Notes: generated from the sequence alone by a model not told the origin. A stretch of 64,000 nt of DNA from the human T2T-CHM13v2.0 reference genome, Homo sapiens (GCF_009914755.1 NC_060932.1); one strand, 5' to 3'; numbered from the stretch's first letter, positions 39,330 to 54,100 are shown. Made by a program: numbers and translations.

Positions 39330-41406
39330 CTGTACTAAAATTATACAACAGTGTTCTCCCTTTTTCATTGTTAGAACATATGAAATTTCTGTATAAAAAC
39401 AAATTTTATATTATAGTATGATTAGGGATAATAAAAATATCTTTCAAAAAGCATTTCTTGTTAAATACAAGTTGTAAAAGTTTTAGATTTTAGAAGTTGC
39501 CAGAAATGAGGGCTATTCCACAAACATCTAATTAGCAGCAAATTAAAGCCAATTAACAAAACAGGAATTTTCTGTACTGAAGAGGCATAAAATATGCTCC
39601 TCTTTAAAGTTAAATTATATAGAGAGTTTTCATGTACTCAATACTTACTCAAAAGTATTGGAAAGTAAAACAATTGGCTTAATTATTGTAAGATTTAAAT
39701 TTTACATAAATTTTACTTCTCATTAATGCAGAAAATGTCTGTTTTGATGAAGATTGTTTGATAGAAGAAGTATTAATCAAGGTAAAGTGGAGTAATGCAA
39801 TTATTCTTTTCCTTCGGGAAATATAAACAATAAATTCTGAGACTAGAAAATATTAATTACTACAATATTTTTAAAATTGTCTGGTAAATTATTAAATTTT
39901 AAATTTATTTTTGTGACAAATTTGAAAATTGTTTGTAGGCTCCTATGTAAGTTTAATTCAAGTAATTGAAAGTCTGAATATCTATGAGAGGCTAACACCT
40001 ACTTTCCCAGAAAATACAGTTCTGTTTTTATGTTAAACTGTTTATAACATGACTACACTTTTTTTCTTTTCTCTTTAGGGAGTTCTTACTTCACATAGGA
40101 AATCAAATTTAAGATTGGTTAGCCATATGTTACAATTCATTTTTAATCTGTATCAGATGGAAAATATATAGTAGAAATGACATATCGGTCTTTACTCAGA
40201 ATACTAAAAAACATATAGTCTTCATGACTGAAGGCAGACAACTTGAGTATGTATATTTTTGAATCAAAGGGACAGACAATAGAGGGCAAAAAGACTGTAA
40301 GTTTTCCCCAAAGTAATGAAATTTAAAGGTGGAAAATTTTAAATCACTGTTTTAAAGATTTGTCACCTAATTAGCAAAAATAGTGACAATACGATGCAAA
40401 GAGACAGAAGGAGCTGGTAAAAATCTGACCTATTCTTGGGCCATATCAGAAATTAAAAATGGTTAATTTGTGAGTGATTTCACCTGTTTGTCCTACAGCA
40501 AAACTTGATAATAATTTTAAAAGACAATTTACTACTTTGGCACATAAAGTTAAGTAGAAGCAGTTAAGTCTTCAGCTAAATTTGCTTAAACCTCTAAGAG
40601 AGATTGCCTTGAACCATACTTAAATTATACAAATGTTGAGGAACACTAACCTATTTTTTTTTTGCCTCTTCTCAGCAGTGAAGAAACTGAATAGTCAGTG
40701 TAGCTGGACTGTGTACCAAAACTTTCTAAACACCAAATTAATGGTGTCCTCAATTTTATATAAGATACTCTAAGTCATTAATCAGAATTAATACAAGTAT
40801 TTCAATTACCATGAATATATATGAATGGCTTCATATAATTCTTAGGAAAGAATTGAGATATTTCCAGGTGGCACATATAAATTAGCAATGATTATTTTAC
40901 ACTTCTGATAATTAAAGACACAAGGAAGGCAAATTGCTGTGTTTTACCACATTAGCTGGGAAAAAGAAATACAAGTAGCTCTAGGATCTACTGTTTGAAA
41001 CATATCAATTCATATAATCTTCAATGCTTTTAGAATAAGTTAAATACAACATTTAGAAAATCAGAATCCTGAAGTAATTCGGATATTCTGAAGATAATTT
41101 TGGAACATGGACTAACATTTAGCTTTTTGACATATCAACATTTAAAAAAAAATTCATGTTATTAGAATATGAATGTACTTCCTTTCATTCAAATTGCTTA
41201 TACTACTGCAACAATTGAACAAAGTATTGAATTTTACATATTCAGGCCACGAAGACTAAAATGCTCTTCATTTAATGGCATTTCAGAAATACAGCAAAAA
41301 AATTACAAAGGCACCGATTTTTAACATTTCAAATCGAATAAAGAAAAACAAACTCAGATTGAAAAATAATTATTTATAGCTGTAGAATGGAAATGCATTT
41401 TCTTGT

Positions 41407-41550
41407 ATTTAAAAGAAACTCACAATTATTTCTTATGGTGGCTCAGGCTTTTACAGTGTTTTATTGTTTACTTCTTTTGTACCTTATGGTAGTTAAATCT
41501 TATAGATGAAGGTGTGTATGTATGTGTGAGTGTATATGTAGAAAATAAAG
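41407..41550 (+). repeat. ~145-bp near-identical direct repeat, copy A
   Basis: atttaaaagaaactcacaattatttcttatggtggctcagg…gtagaaaataaag recurs at 42722-42869. Confidence 0.95.
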
Positions 41551-41691
41551 ACAGTGTTCTATAATTTAACCTTTGAAGTGGTTTTGAATTTTATGTGAAT
41601 AAACATTTTTAGGACTCATTCTACTCTCATCTTTTTAATTCTACTAGAAATAATTAGATTAAGACAAATTATCTTAAGAAAGAATTTTATG

Positions 41692-42470
41692 TTTTTCTTT
41701 TTGAAGTTTTTAGATTCAAGGTATACATGTGCAGGATTGTTGCCTGCATATATTGCATGATGCTGATGTTTGAGGTACAAATGATCCTATCACCTGGGTA
41801 TTGAGCATAGTACCCAATAGTTAGTTTTCCAACCCTTGCCCCCTCTCACTCTCTCCTCTAGAAGTCCCCAGTTTTGACTGTTGCCATCTTTATGTCCCTG
41901 AGTACCTCTTGTTTAGTTCCTTTATGTCCCTGAGATCCCATTGTTTAGTTCTCACTTATAAGTGAGAATATATGGTATTTGGTTTTCTGTTACTGCATTA
42001 ATTCTCTTGAGATAATGGCCTCCAGCTGAATCCACGTTGCTTGAAGGGACATAATTTTATTCTTTTTTATGACTGCATAGTATTCCATTCTGTATATATA
42101 CCACATTTTATTTATCTAATTCACCATTAATGGGCACCTAGGTTGTTTCCATGTAAACATGTAAGTGCATGTGTCTTTTTGGTAGAATGGGTTGTTTTCT
42201 TTTGGATATTAATTCAGTAATGAGATTGCTGGGTTGAGTGGTGGTTCTGCTTTTAAGTTCTTTGAGAAGTCTCCAAACTACTTTCCACAATGGCCGAACT
42301 AGTTTACATTCTTACCAACCGTGTATAAGCATTGTCTTTTTTTCACAGCCTTGCCAGTATCTGTTATTTTTTGACTTTTTAATAATAGCCATTCTGACTG
42401 GTGTGAGATGGTATTTTATTGTGGTTTTTATATGCATTTCTTTGAGGATTAGTGATGTGGAGCATTTTTA
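41692..42470 (-). mobile_element. L1PA(old)/L1PB 3' end
   Basis: ggtatacatgtgcagg…gagcatagtacccaatag…cacttataagtgagaa…gccattctgactggtgtgagatgg. Confidence 0.9.
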
Positions 42471-42721
42471 ATTAAAAAATAATATTTAAATAGTAATTTG
42501 AACTATGTATTTTAATATGAAAAGATTAAATTGAGATAATAAATAGATAAAATTACATGAAAAATTTTTATAATTATCTAATGGATAATGTTCAATTCTG
42601 TAAAGTTATATATTTTTAAAATAAAAAGCAGTGATAAAATAATATATACCACTGTAAACAGGACTGGCATGGTTGGGTCCAAGCTTCTACTTTTCTCTAA
42701 GAAAGCTTTTTTGGCCTCCAG

Positions 42722-42826
42722 ATTTAAAAGAAACTCACAATTATTTCTTATGGTGGCTCAGGCTTTTACAGTGTTTTATTGTTTACTTCTGTTGTACCTT
42801 ATGGTAGTTAAATCTTACAGATGAAG

Positions 42827-42859
<33 letters not shown>

Positions 42860-42869
42860 GAAAATAAAG
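42722..42869 (+). repeat. ~145-bp near-identical direct repeat, copy B, with a purer (TG)n tract
   Basis: Matches 41407-41550. Confidence 0.95.
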
Positions 42870-42959
42870 GCATGAGTAAAGATAATGTAGATGAAAGATT
42901 CTGATTCAATCACTGATTAGAGATTATATAAGTACTTCGAAATTTTGATACTGATACAA

Positions 42960-43068
42960 AAATCTATGGTATTGTTTTATCATGATGTTAAATGAAATAA
43001 TTTGTGTAAACTCTTTAGCATAGTGCATTACTCCTAGAAAACAATAAATACAGAGTAACTATTATTAC
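42960..43068 (+). mobile_element. MIR 3' fragment
   Basis: ttaaatgaaataatttgtgtaaactctttagcatagtgc…aactattatt. Confidence 0.5.
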
Positions 43069-43731
43069 ATATGAGATGTCAGTTCCTCATACAAACACAT
43101 GTCCCACCAATGCCATCCGCTAAAATACTAGAAACAGGACATATAATTTTTTTCTGTTATCAATGTACAGTGAAGGGAGAAATGACCTTACTGAAAATAG
43201 ATAAAAATAGACTTAATATTCCACAAATAACTTCTCTGTAAAGAAGTAGACTGATACTTATTTTAAAAATTTACATAGCTATGTTCCAAGTTCAAGAAAA
43301 GTTATTTTAGACTACAAAATTGATTTTCCTGTTATGTAAAAAATAGCCTTGTATCTGAATCTAGCTGCACAATTTACTCAAAATGTCACCTTGGAATATA
43401 AAAGTTTGTTTGACTACCCAAATGAAAATAAAAAGGTAATTTTGAATGTCTCACTGTAACTTATACTGTACTGTGCAAGTTAAAGAATAGAATTTTCACA
43501 ATTAGTTGTCAAATGATTGCCAAATTGTGCTATAAGTTGATTTAACCCAAATGCAAGCCTATTACTGGTTAAAGTGAGCCCTCTCATTATTTCAGACAAA
43601 TAGAACTTGTGTCTTCATTTCTGAAAAAAGTCTACATTAAAATGTTAACCAATTAGAATAAAAATTAAAAATGCTATTGTTTATTCAATATTTTCAATTT
43701 CTAAAATTAGAATATTTTATAACAGAGGTTT

Positions 43732-44037
<306 letters not shown>

Positions 44038-44334
44038 TCATGAGTAGTAAAATGTCATGTTTTTCCTATTTTATACATATTTTATTTTTGATCATAATCA
44101 TCACAATTTATTAAATATCAAATGAGTCTCAGGATTATGTTGATTGTGATGGCTAATATTTCTGCCAAGTTGAACTTTATAGTATGCTAAAATACAATAT
44201 TTTATTTATTTTTTAAATCTGTACGAAAATATTTGACTTAACTGATAGTTTAAATATCTTTGAGTCTTTAAAATAATGTACAATAAGAATGTACAATAAG
44301 AATTGTTCATTAAAACAATATGCAATGTACAATA

Positions 44335-45385
44335 TAAAATGATGTATAAAGATATAAAATAATGCACAAGAAAAGCAAATAACCAATTAAAAAAAATGAG
44401 AAATAGATCTAAATAGATACTCCATCCTAGAAGATACACAAATAACAAATAGACATATGAAAAGATAGCATCATATGACATTTGGGAACTGCAAATTAAA
44501 ACAACAATGGGATACCACTATACCACTCTTAGAATGGCTGAAAACCAAAACATGAACAATGCAAATGCTGGCTAAGAGGTGAAGCAAAAGAAAAATTATT
44601 CTTTGTTAGTAGGAATGCAAAATGATACAGCCATTTTGGAAGATAGCTTTGTAGTTTCTTCTAAGAATAAACATACTTATACCATAAGATCCAGCAATCT
44701 TATCTCAGTGTCTTCCCAAATAAGAGGAAGACTTATATCTACACAAAAACCTGCACATAAATGTTTATAACAGCATTATTCATAACTGCCAAAACATGAG
44801 CTTAACCAAGATGTTCTTTAATAGATGTATAGATAAACAAATTATGGTATATCCATACAATGGAATAGTATTCATCTATAAAAAGTAATCCATTATCAAA
44901 CCATGAAAACACATGAAGAATTTTAAATAAATATTGCTAAGTGAAAGAAGCCCATTGGAAAAGCCTTCATACTGTGTGGCTCCAACTTTATGACGTTCCA
45001 AAAATGGCAAACATATGGAAACTATAACATGATCTGTGGTTTCCAAGAGTGCAGGGGGAAACAGGGGAGATATAAATAGGTGGAACACAGGTATATCAGT
45101 GAAAATGTTTTGTATGATATGGTGTATACATGTAATTATATATTTGCCAAATCCTACAGAACCATACAATACAAAATGTGAACCCTGATGTAAACTATAA
45201 ACTTTAATAATAATGTATCTATTGGCTCATCAATTATAACAAATGTGCCACACTGATCCAATATATTAATAGTAGAGGATATGTTGGGGAAAAAGGATCA
45301 CATGGAAACTCTGTTCCTTCTACTCAATTTTTTCGTAAACTTAAAACTGCTCAAAAAATAAAGTCTACTAATTTGAAAAAAGAAA
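44335..45385 (+). mobile_element. L1MC 3' end
   Basis: gcaaattaaaacaacaatg…cacaaaaacctgcaca…gtgaaccctgatgtaaactat…aaaactgctcaaaaaataaagtcta. Confidence 0.8.
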
Positions 45386-46052
45386 GCTAATAAAGGCTTA
45401 ACATCTCTAATCCAAAAATCTGAAACCCAAAATGCTCCAAAATCTGAAACTTTGTGGGCACTGATATGACACCGCAAGTGGAAAATTCCACATGTGACCT
45501 CATCTGCCAGGATTCAGTCAAAATTCAGTGCAGAACACACAGTTTATTCAGTACCTGCAAGGAAGAAAAGACCCTCCTAGCCCCCTTCATCTGCAATATA
45601 TCTTTTCTGAGCATGCCCAGATTCCTCCCTACAACCATGCCCACAAAGGGAATTACAATGGCACATATGTAAGTTTGGATGTGTCAAAGGTAGGTTCCCT
45701 ATGATGCTCCACATGAGGCCATGACCTACTTGTATTACTCACTGTGTATTATTGATGATTCTCTTTCTGTGGTGTAAAAATGTGGATAATGTCAAAAAGG
45801 CATAAAGATACTCCTATGGGTAACAATGATAAAAAAAAGAGGAAGCATTTATGTTTATCTATAGCACAGAAAGTCAAGCTATTGAAGAAAATCAGTATGG
45901 TGTTGGAATAACCACCATGTATGACCTGAAGAAACAAAAGAACAAACTGTTGAAGTTCTATGCTGATACTGATGAACACATATTAAGTAAGACTAGAAAA
46001 GCACTACATAAAGCTAAAAGTGAATAACTTGAGAGTATATTTAAAGAGTGGG

Positions 46053-48422
46053 TGTATTAATCTGTTATCACACTGCTAATGAAGACTTACCCAAGACTGA
46101 GTAATTTATAAAGGAAAGAGATTTAATGATCTCACAGATCCACATGGCTGGGGAGGCCTCACAATCATCTAGGTGGGCAGAAGATAAAGAAAGAGCAAAG
46201 GCACATCTTACATGGTGGCAGGCAAGGGGCCTTGTGTAGGGGAACTCCCCTTTATGAAACCATCAGATCTTGTGAGACTTATTCACAATAATGAAAACAG
46301 CAAGGGAAAGACCCACTCTATGATTGATTACCTCCCACCAGGTCTCTCCCATGACACATGGGAATTATGGGAGCTACAATTCAAAATGAGATTTGAATAG
46401 GGACACAGCCAAACCGTATCATCCTACCCCTGGCCCCTTCCAAATCTCATCCTCACATTTCGAAACCAATTATGCCTTCCCAATAGTCCCCAAAAGTCTT
46501 AACTCATTACAGCATTACCTCAAAAGTCCACATTCCAAAGTCTCATCTGAGACAAGATGAGTGCTTTCTGCCTATAAGCATCTAAAATCAAAAGCAAATT
46601 TGTTACTTCCTAAATACAATGAGGATACAGGCATTGGATAAATATAGCCATTCCAAATGGGAGAAATTGGCCAAAACAAAGGGGCTATGGGTCCCATGCA
46701 AGTTGGAAATACTGTGGGGCTATAGGCCCCATGCAAGTCTAGAATATTGTGGAGCAGTCAAATGTTAAAGTTTCAAAATGATCTTCTTTGACTCCATGTC
46801 TCATATCCAGGTCATGCTGATGCAAGAGGTGGGCTCCCATGACCTGGGGCAACTCTGCCCCTGTGGCTTTACAGGGTACAGCCCTGCTCCCGTATGCCTT
46901 CATGACTGGTGTTGAGTGTGTGTGGCTTTTCCAGGCACATGATATAAGCTGTCCGTGGATCTAACATTCTGGGGTCTGGAGGATGGTGGCTCTCTTCTCA
47001 CAGCTCCGCTAGGCAGTGCTACCATGGAGACTCTGTGTGAGGGATCACATCCCACATTTTCCTTCCACACTGCCCTAGCAGAAATTCTCCATGAGGGTTC
47101 CACCCCTGCAACACACATCTTCCTGGCCATCCAGGCATTTCTGTACATTCTCTGAAATCTAGGCAAAGGTTCCCAAACCTAAATTCTTGACTTCTGTGCA
47201 CCTACAGGCCTAAAACCACATGTAAGCCACCAAGGTATGGGGATTGCACCATCTGAAGCCATGGCCTGAGCTCTATGTTGGTCCTTTTTAGCCATGGCTG
47301 GGATCCAGGCACCAAGTCCTGAGACCACACAAAGCAGCAAGGCCCTCAATCTGGACCACAAAACTATTTTTTCCTCCTAGGCCTCTGGGCCTCTGATGGG
47401 AGGGGCTGCTGTGAAGACCTCTGATGTGCCCTGGAGACATTTTCCCATTGTCTTGGTGGTTAACATTTGGCTCCTCATTACTTACGCAGATTTGTGCAGG
47501 TGGCTTGACTTTCTCCTCAGAAAATGGGTTTTTCTTTTCTATCACATCACAAGGCTACAAATTTTCTGAACTTTTATGCTCCACTTCCTTTTAAAAAATA
47601 AGTTCCAATTCCAAAATAAGTTACAATTGTGAATATGTAAAACTGAATGTTTTTAACAGCATTCCAATCACCTCTTAAATGTTTTGCTGGTTAGAAATTT
47701 CCTCCACCAGATCCCCTAAATCATCTCTCTCAAGTCAATGTTCCACAGATCTCTAGGGCAGGGGCAAATGCCACCAGTCTCTTTGCTAAAGAATAACAAG
47801 AGTCACCTTTGCTCCAGTTCCCAACATGTTTGTCATTTCCATCTGAGACCACCTCAGCCTGAACTTTATTGTCCATATCACTATCAGCATTTTGGTCAAA
47901 GTCATTCAACATGTCTCTAGGAATTTCCAAACTTTCCCACAACTTCTTGTCTTCTTTTAAACCCTCCAAGCTGTTCCAACCTCTGCTTGTTACACAGTTT
48001 CAAAGTTGTTCCACATTTTCTGGTATCTTTATAGCAGTGCCCCACTCTGGAACCAGTTTACTGTATTAGTCTGTTATCACACTGCAAATAAAGATATACC
48101 CAATACTGAGTAACTTATAAAAGAATGAAGCTTAATGGACTCACAGGTCCACATGGCTGGGGAGGCCTCAAAATCATGGAAGACAAGGGAAGTGCAAAGG
48201 GACATCTTACATGGAGGCAGGCAAGAGGGCTTGTGTAGGAGAACTCCCCTATATAAAACTATCAGATCTCATGAGACTTACTCACTATCACTAGAACAGC
48301 ATGGTAAAGACCCACCTCCATGATTCAATTACCTGCCCCTGGATCCCTCCCATGACATGTGGGAATTATAGGAGCTACAATTCAAGATGAGATTTTGGTG
48401 GGGACACAGCCAAATCATATCA
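46053..48422 (-). mobile_element. Full-length THE1 MaLR (LTR 46053-46421, internal 46422-48061, LTR 48062-48422)
   Basis: Two homologous LTRs (tgtatta…ggacacagccaaa…tatca); THE1 internal sequence; exact 5-bp TSD gtggg. Confidence 0.95.
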
Positions 48423-48936
48423 GTGGGTCTATCAGCTTGTCAGTGAGAACATGCCACTTGATGGTATGCTGATCATGAGACAAGCAGAGACAAATTACGA
48501 TAAACTGAAAATTACAAGAAACTTTGAATATTGGACAGGCTGGTTTTAAAACTTTAAGAAAAGACACAGCATTAAATTTTTAAAGATTTGTGTTGAAAAA
48601 GTATCTGCGGATCATGAAGCAGTGGAGAAATTCATTGATGAGTTGGCCAGGGTCATCACTGATAAAAATTTGATGCCAGAACAGTCTATACTGCTGATTA
48701 AATATCACTGTTTTGATATTATTGTTCCAGAAAGACACTGACTACAGCTGATGAGACAGCCCCTACAGGAATTAAAGATGTCAAGGACAGAATAACTGCG
48801 CTGGTATGTGCTAATGCAGCAGGCACACCTAAATGGAAATTTGCTGTGATAAGCAAGTTTCTGTCCTCACAGTTTTCAAAAACAAAAAAATGAATTCTTA
48901 TCAGTGTTTTATTATGCTAACAAAAAGACATGGGTG

Positions 48937-49230
<294 letters not shown>

Positions 49231-51144
49231 TAGATATGGGTCACCAGGGACATCTTTTTGGTTAGTTTCACAAACGTTGTTACCAGTGGCTTGTGCTCAC
49301 TGCAGAGAAGCCGGACTGGATGACAACTGCAAGATTTTATTATTCCTCAACAACTGTTCTGCTCATCTTTCAGCTGAAATTCTCATAAAAATAAAGTTTA
49401 TGCCATGTACTTTTTATCAAATGTGACTCCATTAATTTAGCCATATGACTGGAATATCATTAGATTAATGAAGAGTAAATATAAAAACACCTTCTTGAAT
49501 AGCATACTAGTAATAGTGAACAGAGGCATGGGTATGAAAGTTTTCAGAAGGAGTTTAGCATAAAGAATGGTGTATGTGCTGTTGTCAATGCTTAGAACAC
49601 AGTGACTAAAGAAACAGTTGTGCATGCATGTCTGGCACAACCTCTGGCTTGTCACTATGTACAATGATAATGATGAACAAGGTGGTGATTTTGGAGGATT
49701 CTGTCCACCAAGTGAGGAAAAAGATGATTGACCTAATCACACATGCAAAAAAAATGTACCTTCACAGCTCTTAAGTAAGCTGGAAGAAGTAGATATAGAA
49801 GAAGTTTTAACACTGATAATGAGGCTACAATACTTTCTTCACTGGCTGGTGGTGAAATAGCTGAAATGGTTCTAAATCCAGGTTATTGTGATCTAGTGAC
49901 TATAAAGGTGATGTTAACACTGTAGAAAAAGTGCCTATAGACAACATGGTGAAAATGTGTGATGGGCTTATTAAAGGACTACAGTAGCATGCATTCATAA
50001 AAGAACAAGAGATCATGTCAGTTTATAAAATCGAAGAGAGAATTCTAAGACAAAAGTTGTTATTAATGAGAAAGTTAACTCTGGTAGAAACATTTTAAAA
50101 AGCCATCATGAAGAATGCCTCCTCATCCATGGAGGATCCACTTCCTGGTCCCTAAACAGCTTCTGCTGTTTCTTCTCACCCAAAAAATAAAATAATGTGC
50201 ACAGTAACCTTTTAGTCAAAATACAGCATCATAGATAGAGACGGAAGGCCTTTTATTGTTTGTTGTTCCAGTTGTTTAACAGCAGATCCAGGTATTCTGG
50301 TGATGCTATTGTCCTTAGTTACACTGAACATACTGTTTTTCTCACTGTATTAATGGTATGCCATATTTTTACTATTAAGTTCTTATTTGTAAGTAATAAA
50401 ATTGGTAGCATATAAATTCAGTCAAGAATGATGGCAATGCCAAACAACCACACTCTTCACAAAGGTGGCTGAGATAGTGTCACCTTTGCTTTCTGATGGT
50501 TCAATGTACACAAATTTTGTCTTATGCATAAAATTATTTAAAATATTGTATAAGATTACCTTTAGGCTATGTGTATAAGGTGTATATAAAACATAGATGA
50601 ATTTCATGTTTAAATTTGAGTTCCATTCCCAAGACATTTCATAATGTATATGCAAATTTTCCAAAATCCAAGATCCAAAACACTTCTGGTCTAAGGCATT
50701 TTGGATAAGAGCTACTCAACCTATAGTTATTTAGCATCTCCAAAGTCTTAAAATTAGATTTTTAAAATAAGTTAATATGTTAATTAATTAAGATAATTAG
50801 TTAAATAGAAAATTACAGAGAATGGCAAGGTAGTCTTTAACCTGGAAGAGTTTGTACATACATGGATTTAGTTTCAAAAAAGAAATGATTTACTCAAAAT
50901 GAAGGCAAAGCATCTGTAGTAATTTTAGGCTTTTTAAATTCTTTTTTTTTTTTTGAGACTGTAAAAAACAGAATTTCAAGCATATGTGTGTTTTTTTAAA
51001 TTGGATATTCTTAATAGGGACAAGCCCCTACTTTGGGATCAGAAGAGTCCTGAGTTTGATCTTTGCCATAGATGACACCCAGCTGTATAACATCAGCAGG
51101 TCAATTGCTAAGTTTATTTTCTCTTATTTAAGAAAAGGATAGAA

Positions 51145-54100
51145 GGGGAGTGGCCAAGCTGGCCAACTAGAAGCAGCCAGAGTGTGTGGCTGTCACAGAA
51201 AGGAACAGAAGGGGTGAATAAAAACAACATCTTCAACTGAAACATCCAAGTGCTCTCATTGGGATTAATCAAGGAAACAAATTGACCCACACAGAATGAA
51301 GAAAAGCAAGACAGGACAACAGCCCAACTAGGAGCAACACGGAGCCAGGGGACCCTCCCCAACCCAGGGAAGTGGTGAGTAAATGAGTGACCCCAGGAAA
51401 CCATGCTTCTCCCACAGATCTTTACAACCCTCAGGTCAGGAGATCTCCTTGTGAACCCACTCCACTGGGGCCTTCAGCCTTCAGTCTGACAGAGCTACAT
51501 GGAGTCTTGGCACAGCAGCCGCTCAGGCATGCATGGAGACACTGGAGCCTTAGATAATTGGGCTTTCTGGCAAAAGTAGCGGCAGCTTCAGCAAAGTGGA
51601 AGCTTAGGCTTTTGTATGTTCCCCTAGGAAAGAGGCTGAATCCAGGGGGCTGAGCAGCAATGGCCCCCAGGCCCCACTCCCATGGCACCTCACAATAGAA
51701 GCCACACTGGATTGCAATTCCAGCCAGCTACCAGTAGTGGCATTACACTTCCTAAAAAGGAGCTCCTGAGGCAAGGGATGGGCCACCATCTTTGCTGTTT
51801 GGGCACCTTAGCAATTCCAGCCTTCAGGCTTTGGAGAGTCTGAGCCAACCTGGGGTGGAAGGGATCCCCAAGCACAGCACAGCTGCTCTACCAAAACTTG
51901 TGGCCAGACTGCTGCTTTAAGCCGGTGCCTAATTCCATTCCTTCTCACCCGGTGGGACCTCCCAACTGCGGCATCCAGCCACCCCCACCCAAGCTCTCTA
52001 GCCAACAGAGATCTGAATTCCCCCTGGAATGGCGCTCCCAGAGGGAGGAGCAAGCCACCATCTTTGCTGTTGGGCAACTTAGCTGTTCCAGTCTTTGGGC
52101 TTCAGAGTGTCTGAGGTGATCGAGGGCTGAAGTGGACCCCCAGCACAGTACAGCTGCTCTAACAAAATGTGTCCAAATGCTTTTTTAAGTGGATCCCCAT
52201 CCTGTTCCTCCTCACAGGGTGGAACTTCCCAGCTGAGGCCTCCAGCCACTTCTTACAAGTGCCTTTGGGCTGGCAACAGGTCTGTACCTCCCTGGGACAA
52301 AGCTTCCAGAGGGAGGGACAGGCGGCCATCTTTCCTGTTTTGCAATCTTCACTGGTGGCACCTCAAGGTTCTGGAAAATCTGAGGTGACTAGGGACTGTA
52401 GTGGGCCCTAAGCAAACCACAGTAGCCATACGGAAAAGTGGCCAGACTCACTGGGCAGTCCTCTAGTCTTGGGCCTCCAGCCACCCCCATATCTCCTCAC
52501 TGGGCAGGTCCTCTACGCCTGGGCCTCCAGCCACCCCCCATCCCCACCAGAGCTATTGAGCCAGTACCAACTCAGCAACTCCCTGGAAAGAGCCTCCAAT
52601 GTCAACTGAAAGCTTCTCAGCCACTGCCTCTGCAGTGGAACTGCTCTTGCCACCCTCAGACTAATGAAGGAGCAAAGGCCCTTCTCCACACCTCCAACAA
52701 GCTGCAGTTGACCCAAGGAGAGAAGGCCAGTTATTTCCCATGGGTCCCACACACACCCCATGGCTCACCACCAGACAGGTTTCTCCTTGCTTGGGCCCAC
52801 AGCACAAACCCTCCATCTTGGGCTGACTGCACTGAGTGACTGCTGACCTGCATATCTCTGAGGTGGAACCCCCGGAGTCAAGCAAACTACCTTTGGCCAC
52901 AACTACTGCTAAAATTTCTTCCTCTGCTACCTCTAAGCTGGAAAGGGAACATAAATACTGTAATCACCCCAGCGCTGCAATGGGCAGCCCAGGAGTGCCA
53001 AGTTGCGAACTATAGCCAGCAATCAAGGGGGAGAGAAACCCACACTTTCAGAGCACCAAGAGGGAACAAGGCTGCAACTGAGAGGAAACAAAGGGGAGCC
53101 ACACAACCAAACAAGAGTCTACCAGCTGACCTATAAGCCTAAGTGTCACCTGCTGGATAACACCTCAAAGCTTCAACATCAAAAATACCTCACTAACATA
53201 CCCCGCTCTGAAACCAGAAACAAGAGGTCAGCTTCAAATTAAGACTGTACACATAGCCTCAGCCAAATGAAAACATTCAGAAAAGAAGCCTACTGACTGT
53301 ACTCAATCCCCACGGCAGTTAAAGGATCACCCACATGCTGATGTGAGAAAAAAACAATGCAAGAACTCTGGTAACTCAAATGTCCAGGGTGTCATATGTC
53401 CTCCAAATGACCACACCAGTTCTCCAACAAGAGTTCTTAGCCAGGTCGAACTGGCTGGATTGACAGAAATAGAATTCAGAATATGAATAGGAACAAAGAT
53501 CATTGAGATTCAGAAGGATGGGGAAACCCAATCCAAGGAAAATAAGAAACACAATAAAGTGATACAGGAGCTGAAGGATGAAATAGCTGGAGTAAAAGAG
53601 AACCTAAGGAGTCTGACAGAGCTGAAAACAAAATACAGGAATTTCACAATGCAATTGCAAGTATTAACAGCAGAATAAATCAAACTGAGGAAATAATCTC
53701 AGAACTTGAAGAATGGTTCTCTGAAATAAGACAGTCACACAAAAATAAAGGAAAAAGAATAAAAAAGAATGAAGGAAACCTCCGAGAAGTATGGAATTAT
53801 GTAAAGAGGCCAAGTCTACAAATCATTGGTATCCCTGGAAGGGAGGGGGAGGCAGCAAACAACTTGGAAAATATGTTTCAGGATATCATCCATGAAAACT
53901 TCTCCAACCTTTCTAGAGAGGCCAACAGTCAAATTCAGGAAATACAGAGAACTCCTGGAAAATTCTACACAAGAAGAGTATCTCTGAGACACAAAATTGT
54001 CAGATTTTTCAACAATGAAAGGAAAGAAAGAATGTTAAAGGCAGCTAGAAAGAAAGGGCAGGTCACCTACGAAGTGATCCCCATCAGGCTAAAAACAGAC

